Origin: a virus
DNA length: 64,000 nucleotides
Virus record (IMG/VR): IMGVR_UViG_3300045012_000053
Coordinates: 1-64,000 of that record
Strand: one strand, 5' to 3'
The notes under the pieces are model-generated. The model was not told where the DNA came from and searched no databases. It saw only the letters and a program-made list of their open reading frames with translations. Positions 19,285 to 28,387 of the stretch are shown here, in pieces. The position numbers were made by a program, and so were the translations under genes. Numbering within the stretch: position 1 is the first letter of the stretch; each line of letters opens with the position of its first letter.

Positions 19285-19731
19285 TTAGTTCTTGACCGTC
19301 GCGGCGTACCGTCCGACTTGACCGCGAACGAATTTGATGTGCTTGCAGTTGCGGTTCTTCTTGAACATCGTGAAGAAGAAGTTTTCGCAAGAACAAATCC
19401 ATCCACGGAAGTTTGAACGGCGAATGTAGGCCACGTTGTACTCCTTGCCCGATTCGCCTTGCACTTTGCCGTAAACTTTCAGCCCGGTCTTCTGGGTGCT
19501 GCGCTTCAAGCTGACGACCCTCATGCCCGGTGCGCTAATGATCTTCGTAGCAGGAACCTCTTGTACCGCGCTGGCCCTGAATGCGCCGCGCTTCCCTGCC
19601 ATCGTGCCAGTTTCCATATCGAGACTGATACAGCCGTAGCTGAATATATGATTGATCTTGCCGATACCAGTCCAGAAAGGATTGGAACTCTCGGGCACAA
19701 AAACCCTGTCACCCACTTTCAAGTTTTTCAT
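19285..19731 (-). CDS. SWIM zinc-finger protein
   Basis: YNV...WICSCENF...NCKHI. Confidence 0.75.
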   Translation of the reverse strand: MKNLKVGDRVFVPESSNPFWTGIGKINHIFSYGCISLDMETGTMAGKRGAFRASAVQEVPATKIISAPGMRVVSLKRSTQKTGLKVYGKVQGESGKEYNVAYIRRSNFRGWICSCENFFFTMFKKNRNCKHIKFVRGQVGRYAATVKN

Positions 19732-19802
19732 GTTTCCTCTTTTCTCGACTTAACGTCGAACGAGAGGGGCGATCTCTCGCCCCCTTCGCTCGCTGTTAGG
19801 TG

Positions 19803-20615
19803 TTATGCGCCCACCTTGATCTCTGCCATCTTGCTAGCGAGAGACCAGAGCGCGCGGTTCAACTTGGTGTTCTCCGCGATGCCCACGACCGCGCGGGTGC
19901 GGTTACGGCGACCATTGGGTGTATAAGTGCGCAACCCGCCTTCCACCGTGTTCTCTTGAATCCGGTTGAACGTTGACCACAGGTCCGTGCCGATGTCAGA
20001 GGAGCGGCGGGGTTGGAGAAGCTTCTCCGCTTCCGGTGCGACCGCGCCCTCTTCAAACCGCAAACTGTGGGCCTCTTCCGCGAGGATGCGCGCTTCCGAG
20101 GGACGCAGGTCAATAGTCTTCCACAGTTTCACGGATTCCACAACCTTGGGAGCTGCTTCCAAGATGCCGCGAGTGGCGTCGATCACGTTCTGAATGATAT
20201 TGCCCGTGTGGCGAATCTTGATGACCTCGCACAGCCCCTCCGCAACCATCAAACCATTGAGGCAAGCGAGACGGAATGCGCCGAGAGACAGTTCATAGCG
20301 TGAGGTTCCATCGTGAGAGTTGACGAGCACAACTTCTACCGCCGTGTCGCCAACCTGAGTCAGGTTAGCGTCGTTGGAGCGGAAACGAATGATGTGCTTG
20401 GTGAAATACTTTTTGTCAAGGATGCGGGAAAGAGACTGCGCAGCATTGTAGGGCTGAAAACCCGCTTCGCGCATGCCATCGATCACGTTCGACGTGGGCA
20501 CGAACGAATAACGTTCCGACTGCGCGTACCACGGTTGAGTGGCGAACGCGGAGGGAGCGATCTGGTTCAGTTCTTCGTTGCTGAGCGGACGATTCTGAAA
20601 GGTGCGACGGTTCAT
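19803..20615 (-). CDS. DUF932/DUF945-family protein
   Basis: SERYSFVPT, TKHIIRFR, NSHDGTS, FRLACLNGL, DLWSTFNRIQEN, LNRALW. Confidence 0.9.
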   Translation of the reverse strand: MNRRTFQNRPLSNEELNQIAPSAFATQPWYAQSERYSFVPTSNVIDGMREAGFQPYNAAQSLSRILDKKYFTKHIIRFRSNDANLTQVGDTAVEVVLVNSHDGTSRYELSLGAFRLACLNGLMVAEGLCEVIKIRHTGNIIQNVIDATRGILEAAPKVVESVKLWKTIDLRPSEARILAEEAHSLRFEEGAVAPEAEKLLQPRRSSDIGTDLWSTFNRIQENTVEGGLRTYTPNGRRNRTRAVVGIAENTKLNRALWSLASKMAEIKVGA

Positions 20616-20663
20616 GTTATCTCTTTTCTGTTGGGTTGGCTCTAGGCCGTTCCAACTGTTAAC

Positions 20664-20692
20664 AGTATCTCACAAGTGCTACAAATTGTCAA
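20664..20692 (-). promoter_or_regulatory. Early promoter
   Basis: TTGACA-17-GATACT with TG extension; GTACTAGTAC upstream. Confidence 0.7.
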
Positions 20693-20835
20693 GAGGAAAA
20701 ACGTACTAGTACAGAGGTCCTAGTACGTCGCTCGATTTGTGTTTCCGCTTCGACTTAGAGTTAGACTCCAGCTTATAATTGGCGCACAACGAAAGAACGG
20801 TCAGTCCTAGAAATAGCAGGATAGCGCACAATGAA

Positions 20836-21156
20836 TCAATCATAGACATTTTCGTTCTCCCACAGCCACGCACGTGCGGCAGATTCATCAAGTCCGAATT
20901 GCTTAACACGGCGTTTGCCTATATAGCCATTCCAGTTGTCCCATTGGTTCTTCCAGATTCGCCGCTGCTTGCTAAGCGGTACAACAGGCTCATCCTTTTT
21001 GTCTTCCATTCCAACACACTCAGCGACGGCGTCCTTGATACTGATATCCCCCTCCAAAATCTGAGAGTCGCTGTACAACACGGTCTGCCCATCGTGCTCT
21101 TGAAAGAAGTCGTTGATTGATTCCAAAATCTCAATCGCTCTTGCGAGTCTGCTCAT
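20836..21156 (-). CDS. Hypothetical protein
   Basis: GGAGG RBS; RRIWKNQWDNWNGY. Confidence 0.65.
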   Translation of the reverse strand: MSRLARAIEILESINDFFQEHDGQTVLYSDSQILEGDISIKDAVAECVGMEDKKDEPVVPLSKQRRIWKNQWDNWNGYIGKRRVKQFGLDESAARAWLWENENVYD

Positions 21157-21258
21157 TTTTAGCGGCCTCCGTTTTCCTGATCTGCTGGTACGTGATGTCG
21201 AGGACGCGGCGAAGCTTGGTGCCTTTATGCGGGCGGTGAAGCTTACGGCGGTCAGGTT

Positions 21259-21447
21259 TCATGCTGCCCTCCATGATTTTACTTTCATTGCCGTGGCCCG
21301 CAGACTGTCGTTCAAATCGTTGGCTTCCCGGCGCAGCGCTTGCGCCTTCACGCGGCCTTCTTCGCTCTGCCGATCTTCAAACAGATTCGCTTCACGGTAG
21401 AGCATGCTGATCTTCGCGCGAATTGCGTATCGCTCTCCCTTTGTCAT
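21259..21447 (-). CDS. Hypothetical helical protein
   Basis: AGGTGA RBS before ATG 21447. Confidence 0.5.
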   Translation of the reverse strand: MTKGERYAIRAKISMLYREANLFEDRQSEEGRVKAQALRREANDLNDSLRATAMKVKSWRAA

Positions 21448-21604
21448 AATGTCACCTGTTCGTCGTGAATCTCCCACTGCAATCGCGTGATGGTATTAAT
21501 CGCTTCCATCCTGTTCCACCAATCGTCGTTCCATAACGCTAGCTTGGTGTGCTGCAAGATGCGCTGAGCGCGGCGCAGCATCCAATAGCGCCGAGTTAAA
21601 AACT

Positions 21605-21856
21605 TCATAGCAGTTTCGCAATCTGGCTCGCCGCGAAGGCAGCGGCCTCTTTCTTGGTGTTGAAATTCTTCGATTCGTTCCAGTCGTAGACGCCGCCGAT
21701 ATAAACCTCGACGTCATATCCAGCAGTGCCGATATCCGGATTGCATCGGTGCCAATCTGCAATGCGCACGACTAGGTCACGCTTGCGGCACTCAATGCTG
21801 GGCACAGCGGTGCGAGGCCACTGGTTTGCATTCTCGGTTGGCTTGATGCGTTTCAT
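21605..21856 (-). CDS. Hypothetical protein
   Basis: GGAGG RBS, directly downstream of a promoter. Confidence 0.65.
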   Translation of the reverse strand: MKRIKPTENANQWPRTAVPSIECRKRDLVVRIADWHRCNPDIGTAGYDVEVYIGGVYDWNESKNFNTKKEAAAFAASQIAKLL

Positions 21857-21874
21857 ATTGCCTCCAATAAATAC

Positions 21875-21903
21875 ATTCTCTCACGCGCGCCAACAATTGT
21901 CAA
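21875..21903 (-). promoter_or_regulatory. Early promoter
   Basis: TTGACA-17-GAGAAT with TG extension; GTACTAGTAC upstream. Confidence 0.7.
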
Positions 21904-21932
21904 CAAAAATCTCGAACAAAAACGTACTAGTA

Positions 21933-22430
21933 CTAGCGCCACACTATTGGAGTGCCAAAAGATATGCCGTTGTGCTTCCATGTGATTCTGCCCTTGTTTA
22001 CCTTACGGGAGCATGGGCTGTGATAGCCTGTCAGTAGCATATTGGGGCCGGGTCGACGGCTGCGGTACACTACCGCGCCGCAATCGCCGCACGTACCAGC
22101 GTATGGCTTCTCTACTTGAACCACTTCTGATATGTCCGCGCACCGTTCCGCCTTCGCGCCGATGCTCCTCGCCATCACCTGCCACATTCTGCCGTGCTTG
22201 GCTTCGTGTCCGGCGAGCGCGTGCGCTATCTCGTGCAGTATCGTATCCAGCACTATGTCCTCGGAGTTAATCTCCGCAAGCGGGCCGGACACGGTGATAA
22301 GCTTTTTCCAAAACATGCAGCAACCGATGCGCTGGGTCGCGCGATCAAATTCGAACCGCCATCCTTGCTGCGCGAGTCCGTGGTGATAGAAGAGGTCTTG
22401 TGCCATCATGCGAGCGCGTTCCAAGTTCAT
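21933..22430 (-). CDS. SprT-like zinc metalloprotease
   Basis: DTILHEIAHAL...HGRMW...CGDC. Confidence 0.9.
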   Translation of the reverse strand: MNLERARMMAQDLFYHHGLAQQGWRFEFDRATQRIGCCMFWKKLITVSGPLAEINSEDIVLDTILHEIAHALAGHEAKHGRMWQVMARSIGAKAERCADISEVVQVEKPYAGTCGDCGAVVYRSRRPGPNMLLTGYHSPCSRKVNKGRITWKHNGISFGTPIVWR

Positions 22431-22502
22431 GGCTTACCCCATTTGATTATCTCGTACACGCGTCGCACGATCAGCAGAGTGATCGCCCACGTAATTCCGA
22501 CC

Positions 22503-22793
22503 TTAGTTAACATAAGCAACCACTTCGTAGCGGCCAGACTCGTGGCGGTACCAAGTCATGGTCAGATACTTGCCTTCCCCGCATTCAGCGTGGATGCGCG
22601 TGTTCTCTCCTGCTGTTTTCACGTCATCATAAGCGGGGAGGGTGAAGCCGTTCGCTTGTAGCGCGGTATCGATGCGCATGTAAGGGATAGAGTTCCACAA
22701 GCTTTGTCCCAAGGTGTGGAGCGCCGCGTTAACGCGCATCAGACGGCGCGCCATCGTTGGTATCTTGGCCTTGCATTGTGTGCACAGTGTCAT
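22503..22793 (-). CDS. Hypothetical protein
   Basis: GGAGG RBS; WYRHESGRYEVVAYVN. Confidence 0.65.
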   Translation of the reverse strand: MTLCTQCKAKIPTMARRLMRVNAALHTLGQSLWNSIPYMRIDTALQANGFTLPAYDDVKTAGENTRIHAECGEGKYLTMTWYRHESGRYEVVAYVN

Positions 22794-23014
22794 ATCGAAA
22801 CCTCCATAACTTTGTCGTGCTCCATCACTCCGTTTGGTACGATACATATGCTGTGAAGAGGATAGCGTCCTCGGTCCCACAGCCCACGCTCTGATCTTGC
22901 GGCGAACACTGCATCTGATTCCTGTCCACGTATAGCTCTGTTGGCATCTATACCAACTAGGAATCTGTATATCGCAGCCGTTTCACGATCACGGATGACC
23001 ACGCGGAACGTCAT
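22790..23014 (-). CDS. Hypothetical protein
   Basis: ATGA overlaps on both sides. Confidence 0.5.
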   Translation of the reverse strand: MTFRVVIRDRETAAIYRFLVGIDANRAIRGQESDAVFAARSERGLWDRGRYPLHSICIVPNGVMEHDKVMEVSI

Positions 23015-23226
23015 GACTTCCTCGCTTTCATTGCCCTTGCGATCTTGCCCTCATCCTTGCGCTTCCCAGTGACTTCCAAGCACAGCAGCGTGTACGTTAC
23101 GCCTTGCGCTGTGACTGTCTCTTCATACTCGCGGCAATCGAATCCTTGAGAGACACAGGATGCAACGACATCAGCGCGGACTTGGCGTCCTGCCAGATTG
23201 TTGCTGAATGTGTATCTCCCTGTCAC
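23011..23226 (-). CDS. Hypothetical protein
   Basis: Operon packing. Confidence 0.5.
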   Translation of the reverse strand: MTGRYTFSNNLAGRQVRADVVASCVSQGFDCREYEETVTAQGVTYTLLCLEVTGKRKDEGKIARAMKARKS

Positions 23227-23357
23227 GACTTCACCTCGATCTTATAAGCGTGCTGAACTCTCGACCTCGGGCTTGGCGCGCCGTTGTCATATATCACGCC
23301 CATGTTGCACTCGTCAAGGTTGCTGGGCTTGCCGCCGTCGGTGATCTCGTATCTCAT
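23223..23357 (-). CDS. Small hypothetical protein (44 aa, not in ORF track)
   Basis: MRYEITDGGKPSNLDEC...; ATG 6 nt after a -10 box; stop overlaps next start. Confidence 0.5.
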   Translation of the reverse strand: MRYEITDGGKPSNLDECNMGVIYDNGAPSPRSRVQHAYKIEVKS

Positions 23358-23363
23358 GGTATG

Positions 23364-23392
23364 ATTCTCTCACGAACCCAGTTTCGCGTCAA
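23364..23392 (-). promoter_or_regulatory. Early promoter (leaderless geometry)
   Basis: TTGACG-17-GAGAAT, AGTAC upstream. Confidence 0.7.
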
Positions 23393-23416
23393 TAGTACTT
23401 GACTGGTACGAACGGC

Positions 23417-23818
23417 CTAGTACGTGTAAGCCGCGCTCATGCCTCTCTCGTTTAAAAGCACAGCGCCTGCGCCCTCCACAACAAATACGCTATCAGTTAG
23501 ATTATCGCAGTAAAAGTGTCCGCACTCGTAAGGATTATATCTGATGCGCGCGGGCAAGTCTGGGCCTGTTTCATCGATTCCCGCCGCGCCTTCGACTGCC
23601 AGCTTGCCTATCACGAACGCGTGCACGTTCTTCCGCTTCTGTTTCAACACGCGCTGGCGTCCTGATTCGAGCACGAGGAATACGGCAGAGGAAAGCAGCA
23701 CACGGTGGCGACGGGCCTTGACCTTGCCGTCCTGCATGATAGAGTACAATGGCTTGGCGTTCTTGCCGTGTTTCAGGTTGCGGTAGACCTTGACGGAGCG
23801 CGTGATGTCGATGCTCAT
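23417..23818 (-). CDS. Phage hypothetical protein
   Basis: VKVYRNL...GRQRVLKQKRKNVHAFVIG...YNPY, a pattern I recall from phage early proteins. Confidence 0.7.
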   Translation of the reverse strand: MSIDITRSVKVYRNLKHGKNAKPLYSIMQDGKVKARRHRVLLSSAVFLVLESGRQRVLKQKRKNVHAFVIGKLAVEGAAGIDETGPDLPARIRYNPYECGHFYCDNLTDSVFVVEGAGAVLLNERGMSAAYTY

Positions 23819-24066
23819 ACCTTACCCACAAAATAGAAGACGTCGCTGTGAGAGTTTCCGCATCGCGCGGTCTCTTCTGCAACCAGAGAATTCCATCGGT
23901 CAACTAATTCCAAAGCCTCTGCGCGCGTCTTGGGATTGCACGCGACCTGTGAGAATGGCACTATCTCAATGCGCGCAACGTCGCCACGCATCAAGACACG
24001 CTTGTAATACGTTGTTGGAGTCTCCGCGTTTAGGAGTATTTGATTCGCTGGTCCTGTGATGTTCAT
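23815..24066 (-). CDS. Hypothetical protein
   Basis: Coupled overlaps. Confidence 0.55.
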   Translation of the reverse strand: MNITGPANQILLNAETPTTYYKRVLMRGDVARIEIVPFSQVACNPKTRAEALELVDRWNSLVAEETARCGNSHSDVFYFVGKV

Positions 24067-24434
24067 TAAAGCACCCTTTCAATCATGAATGGACTAAGCC
24101 CCAGAGTTTGCTGGTTGAAATAATCCAGCTTGGCTGTAAATAGGCCGTGTTCTTGTACACCGAGAATCGTGGCGGGTCCATTGTGCGTTTGGACGCGGGT
24201 GCCGACTGGGAGAATTCGCAAAGTGATGTTGCCGAGGACTTCGGCGACTTCCTTTTTATTCAAACGTGACTTCATCCACGGGTCGCCGCCGTACTCCTGC
24301 CACGGTGTTCCCGGAACGTGAAATTCAACCCATAGAAAGAATTTCACAGTTGAACCGTGTCCGTATCGACGCACAACGAAACGGTATTCAAAGTTCAGAT
24401 GCTTGCGAACGTTCTTGCCTTTGTAGATGTTCAT
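24066..24434 (-). CDS. Hypothetical protein
   Basis: ATG 24434 overlaps upstream stop. Confidence 0.55.
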   Translation of the reverse strand: MNIYKGKNVRKHLNFEYRFVVRRYGHGSTVKFFLWVEFHVPGTPWQEYGGDPWMKSRLNKKEVAEVLGNITLRILPVGTRVQTHNGPATILGVQEHGLFTAKLDYFNQQTLGLSPFMIERVL

Positions 24435-24664
24435 AGCGAATCCTTTAAATGGCCTGCCTCGTGAACTTCCCACGCTTGCCATCCCGAATGATAAACACCG
24501 TCAGGCGTGGTGTTTCCAGAATGCCAGCCAGTCGGCCAGAATGTCAGGATAGAGCAGCGCTTGCGCATCGCGTCCCAAATGTAGAAATGACGACGACACT
24601 GGCGACCAAATACTTTGGTCACCTTGGACCACGGCTCAAACGTGAATGCTGGCTTGATCTTCAT
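24431..24664 (-). CDS. Hypothetical protein
   Basis: Directly follows promoter 24671-24699. Confidence 0.5.
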   Translation of the reverse strand: MKIKPAFTFEPWSKVTKVFGRQCRRHFYIWDAMRKRCSILTFWPTGWHSGNTTPDGVYHSGWQAWEVHEAGHLKDSL

Positions 24665-24670
24665 GTTCCG

Positions 24671-24699
24671 ATGATCTCACCCGTTCAGTTTATTGTCAA
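24671..24699 (-). promoter_or_regulatory. Early promoter (leaderless geometry)
   Basis: TTGACA-17-GATCAT, AGTAC upstream. Confidence 0.7.
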
Positions 24700-24874
24700 T
24701 AGTACTTTCGGTTGGTACTCGCAGATTGGCATCGATGTTCGCGGTGAGCCGGGCGATGGAATTGTCGACACACCAGCGAACTAGGGCCGCGAGCGGCTGA
24801 TTGGAACGCTGGGACAGCGCGTCGAGCGCGGCCAGCTGCTCCGCGGTGAACCGGATGCGTGTCGCGATCTTCAT
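24677..24874 (-). CDS. Ribbon-helix-helix (CopG-like) DNA-binding protein
   Basis: TRIRFTAEQLAALDALSQRSNQPLAALVRWCVD. Confidence 0.75.
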   Translation of the reverse strand: MKIATRIRFTAEQLAALDALSQRSNQPLAALVRWCVDNSIARLTANIDANLRVPTESTIDNKLNG

Positions 24875-24880
24875 AAGAGC

Positions 24881-24909
24881 ATGCTAGCACAACCGGGCAC
24901 GGTTGTCAA
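24881..24909 (-). promoter_or_regulatory. Promoter of the RHH gene, with a repeat unit in its spacer
   Basis: TTGACA-17-TAGCAT; spacer is the imperfect palindrome ACAACCGTGCCCGGTTGT. Confidence 0.7.
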
Positions 24910-25337
24910 GTGGAATCTTGCGGTGTAAGCGCGCGGAACAGTGTTTTGGGGGAACGCGTAACACCGATGTGCAAACCGGGCACGCTTTTGCACACTCAGG
25001 CATTCTATAACCAAATTCTATCGCATACCCTTGGTTATAGAATTTTGGCACGTAATGTGATGAAAACAAAGGACATCATAAATTCTATAACCAAAAATAG
25101 GGGGGTCAGCAGAGAGAGAAGGGTGACAACCGGGCACGCTTTTCACTGACAACCGGGCACGCTTTGCACACGATCAGATGCAAACCGGGCACGCTTTGCA
25201 AAAGCCAGTTGTCGAAAAAACAGTGTTTTTTGCAACTGACATTACGTATCAGAGAATAGATTGTAAATATAACATAACAAAGGACTTAGTAAAATGTAAC
25301 AAAATTACCCAATGAAAGACTGCGCAAACCGGGCACG
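24891..25337 (+). repeat. Six direct repeats AACCGGGCACG(CTTT), iteron-like
   Basis: Copies at 24891, 24974, 25128, 25151, 25183, 25327. Confidence 0.9.
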
Positions 25338-25475
25338 CTTTTCACGCTCGCTTGTGCTTTCTCTCTCTACGACGATAGGCATTTTTGGTTATAGCATTTT
25401 GTAAGATCAATCTAATCAGTAAGTTAGGAGCGAAAATTCTATAACCATGCTTTGGCGTTAGCATTGGCTATAGAA
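25003..25475. repeat. TTCTATAACCA motif in both orientations
   Basis: 25003, 25083, 25437 forward; 25032, about 25386 and about 25465 inverted. Confidence 0.8.
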
Positions 25476-26316
25476 TCCTGTGACAGGCCGAGATCAGGCA
25501 AGATTTGCTGCCCAAATATCGGCACAAGAGCTAAGTCGTTTATAATCAACAGATGCGAAAAACAGCTTGGTTCGATGCCACTCCTCGTGCTCCTTTTGCC
25601 CACTTTCGAGCGATCTATCGGGTGACAGTTCATTGAGAACTAGCCCAAATTAAAATCCCGTGATCGCTGATAAGTCGCACGATATCAATAACTTGCAGAT
25701 GATGTCACGTCTGATCTGTCGACGCGTGATTGCCAGAAAATTCTTAGACGAGAATTTCTATCGCGCAAGTCCTGTGTTTTCAACGATTTGTGATCGTGGC
25801 AACGAAATTGCTCCCCCAGCAAGCCGATTGCCAAACTCAAAAGCCTTTAGAATGAGCAACTTAGTAGCAAACCAGCGAGTTGTGGATTAATAGAGCATTA
25901 AACCACAGCGCCTCGGGCAACGATTGGCAACGCGCAACGATCTGACGTGTTGAGCCGTCAGCGAATCGAAACCGAAACGTTAAGTGCTTGCGAATCAATG
26001 AGATAGTCTTTGGTTGTGATCTTGCTCCCCCAGCAATTCGGGGACCAAACGTAGGACCCGCCGCCTGCCGGGAGTCGTGGTCGCCCCAAGGGGCCTCGCG
26101 AGGGGCGCGGACGTTTACGTGGCAACCACGCGCGCACTACCCCCGCCGTCACGCCGGGTCGCACCCGCCAGCCGTACCCGGTCATTTATCCGGACACGCT
26201 GACCGGAAACAAAGGACTTAGCCGCCTACTATAAGCGGCGCGTGGGAAAGATCGTGTGACAGATCGGATTTCCATAAGTTTTACTTATAACCAATCCCGG
26301 CGCGAGCCGGACAAGG

Positions 26317-27216
26317 ATGCACCCAATGAAAGTGAACAAACAGGTTTCGGACCCGCGCACCACTCTGGCCGCACTGCTCGACAAGATTCAGAGCCGCCTC
26401 ATCCACACCGCTGATAAGACCCGTCAGAACTCCGACGAGATCGCGGCGCTCCGCGACGAGACCCGATTAAAGGTCGGGACGTTGCAGCGACAAGTGGGCG
26501 AGAAGACTGGAAGCATCGAGACTTCCATCGAGACGCTGGAACACCAAGCGGTCACAGCGGACAAGAAGCTGACCGAACGCGTGGACGCAATCAACGAGTT
26601 GCGCATCGACATCCAGTCTCGTTTGGACCAACACATTAGAGAATCGGTCGACAAGGAGGCGAAGCAGACCCTCCGCGATCAGTCGAACGTTCAATCTCTC
26701 ACGAATCTTCGCGACTCAGTGCAGAAGGCCTTCAATCAGGTGAAGGACGACGTCGCAAGTCTATTGAAGACCATCCAGCGCTTGAACGAGCGCGTCGGTC
26801 AAGTCGAGAGTCAGAACCTGTCTCTCGCCAGCGCAGTCAGTTTGTTGCAGAACCGCATGGACTCCCCGGCACCAGCACCGCAGATGCCGTCCGACCACGT
26901 TTGGATTAACCGCAAGCTGTCGGGCGTTTACGACACCACCACGGATTTGGAAGCGCGTCTTCAAAAGCTGGAAGCTGGGAAGGAAGTGAAGCAGCCAGCA
27001 GGTCGCGCGCCTCGCACGGAAGTCGTCGACGGGCAAACGCTTGTCGTATACGCGAAGGCCCCGATCACGGTATCGGACCCGGCGGACGAATTTCCTATCG
27101 TCGCGCAAGTGTACCGCGTGGTCGCTGATCGCGTCGGTCCCACGCTGAGTTTGATTCCAATCAGTTCTCCCGTTCGCATCACGCAGAAGGAAGCGCGAGA
27201 GGCCGGACTCAAGTGA
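26317..27216 (+). CDS. Coiled-coil hypothetical protein
   Basis: Long heptad-rich helix; first plus-strand gene. Confidence 0.75.
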   Translation: MHPMKVNKQVSDPRTTLAALLDKIQSRLIHTADKTRQNSDEIAALRDETRLKVGTLQRQVGEKTGSIETSIETLEHQAVTADKKLTERVDAINELRIDIQSRLDQHIRESVDKEAKQTLRDQSNVQSLTNLRDSVQKAFNQVKDDVASLLKTIQRLNERVGQVESQNLSLASAVSLLQNRMDSPAPAPQMPSDHVWINRKLSGVYDTTTDLEARLQKLEAGKEVKQPAGRAPRTEVVDGQTLVVYAKAPITVSDPADEFPIVAQVYRVVADRVGPTLSLIPISSPVRITQKEAREAGLK

Positions 27217-27488
27217 ACCGCCGCAAGTTCCTTCAATGGATGGGGGTGGGTACTGCGGTAGCCGCAGTCGCCCCAAGCCTACTCTCCGCGATGGAACCCG
27301 TTGCCACACCAGCAGCCTACTCCACGTACGTGATGGGGCAGGATGCATTTATCGCCGGGTATGTGGATTACGCTAATTTTTCTGATTTCGCGATATCAGC
27401 CGCGATAGATGAGTGCGTATCGAAGGCAGCGGAAGAGCTGGCACACACTCACGCGCGCCGCATCAGCTATCTTTGTAGGACGGCGTGA
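27213..27488 (+). CDS. Twin-arginine-signal protein containing major-capsid-like segments
   Basis: MNRRKFL + hydrophobic stretch; 16/24 identity to residues 95-118 of the capsid protein at 48261. Confidence 0.75.
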   Translation: MNRRKFLQWMGVGTAVAAVAPSLLSAMEPVATPAAYSTYVMGQDAFIAGYVDYANFSDFAISAAIDECVSKAAEELAHTHARRISYLCRTA

Positions 27489-27727
27489 TGAATCAGTTCT
27501 ACATTCCAGCTGGAGTTTATTACCGTAACGTCCGCACGGTTGTCTACAAGGACTCGACGGATTACGCTAGCATTTTCTTTTTCGAGAACACGAGCGAGAA
27601 GTTGGTTCGCATCACTTACCGGGGTAAGACCGAATTCTTGGAGCCGGGAGAGAAGACACAAGTAAAAGTTTCCGAATACTCGGAAGAGATGCCAGAAGTC
27701 ACCACGTTGAACAACGGGGTGTCTTGA
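27485..27727 (+). CDS. Hypothetical protein
   Basis: Coupled overlaps. Confidence 0.6.
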   Translation: MMNQFYIPAGVYYRNVRTVVYKDSTDYASIFFFENTSEKLVRITYRGKTEFLEPGEKTQVKVSEYSEEMPEVTTLNNGVS

Positions 27728-27978
27728 TGGCGTTCCGCGTATCCGAAGAGCTGAACCGCATTTGCACCGAGGCGGGAGTTCAGTGCACCGTAACGCTAGA
27801 CCCGCAGGACTTTAAAAAGATTTTCCAGTTCCGCAGTTTCAGTTTGAACTCTGTTGAGATCAGCTATGGCAAGCAGACCTACATCTTGCAGCCGTCCTCC
27901 ACTTTCGTCTTTAAATCATTGGACGGAGTGGAACCGAAGATCACCAAGTGGTTCGTGTGGTACTCACGAGTAACATGA
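27724..27978 (+). CDS. Hypothetical protein (weakly similar to previous gene: I(T/S)YxxxTxxLxP)
   Basis: Coupled overlaps. Confidence 0.55.
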   Translation: MMAFRVSEELNRICTEAGVQCTVTLDPQDFKKIFQFRSFSLNSVEISYGKQTYILQPSSTFVFKSLDGVEPKITKWFVWYSRVT

Positions 27979-28160
27979 GCAAGAAAAACATTCTGTCGAA
28001 AGACAAGATAGACAATAACACCGTCCGAGTGACTTTCGAGAATCCGGATGGTCAACGAGTTTACGAATACAAGGGCAGCTCGATGCGCGCGATCATGCGC
28101 GGGAGAGACCCACAAGGTTTGACGGGCGGAAGGCTCGTGGAACACAAGAAGGACTCATGA
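27975..28160 (+). CDS. Hypothetical protein
   Basis: MSKKNILSK...VYEYKG. Confidence 0.55.
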   Translation: MSKKNILSKDKIDNNTVRVTFENPDGQRVYEYKGSSMRAIMRGRDPQGLTGGRLVEHKKDS

Positions 28161-28378
28161 ACAAACTTATGAACGTGGAGAACACAAACTGGACCGGGGA
28201 TTACGTGTACGTTCACCCGACCATCACCACTCCATATATCAACCCCCTTCCAATCCCGAACACCTATCCGGTGTATCCGCAGCAGCAGCCTAACATCTGC
28301 CCCGGATGCGGACGTTGCCGCCAGTGCGGCCAGCCAGCACCACAGCAGGTTCAAATTACCTGCCAGAATAATTCTTAA
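28157..28378 (+). CDS. Small Cys-rich protein
   Basis: CPGCGRCRQCG. Confidence 0.6.
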   Translation: MNKLMNVENTNWTGDYVYVHPTITTPYINPLPIPNTYPVYPQQQPNICPGCGRCRQCGQPAPQQVQITCQNNS

Positions 28379-28387
28379 AGAGGTTTT

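Noticed and set aside
24891-25337. CRISPR array
   Set aside because: Repeats are only 11-15 nt, irregularly spaced, and no cas genes are present.
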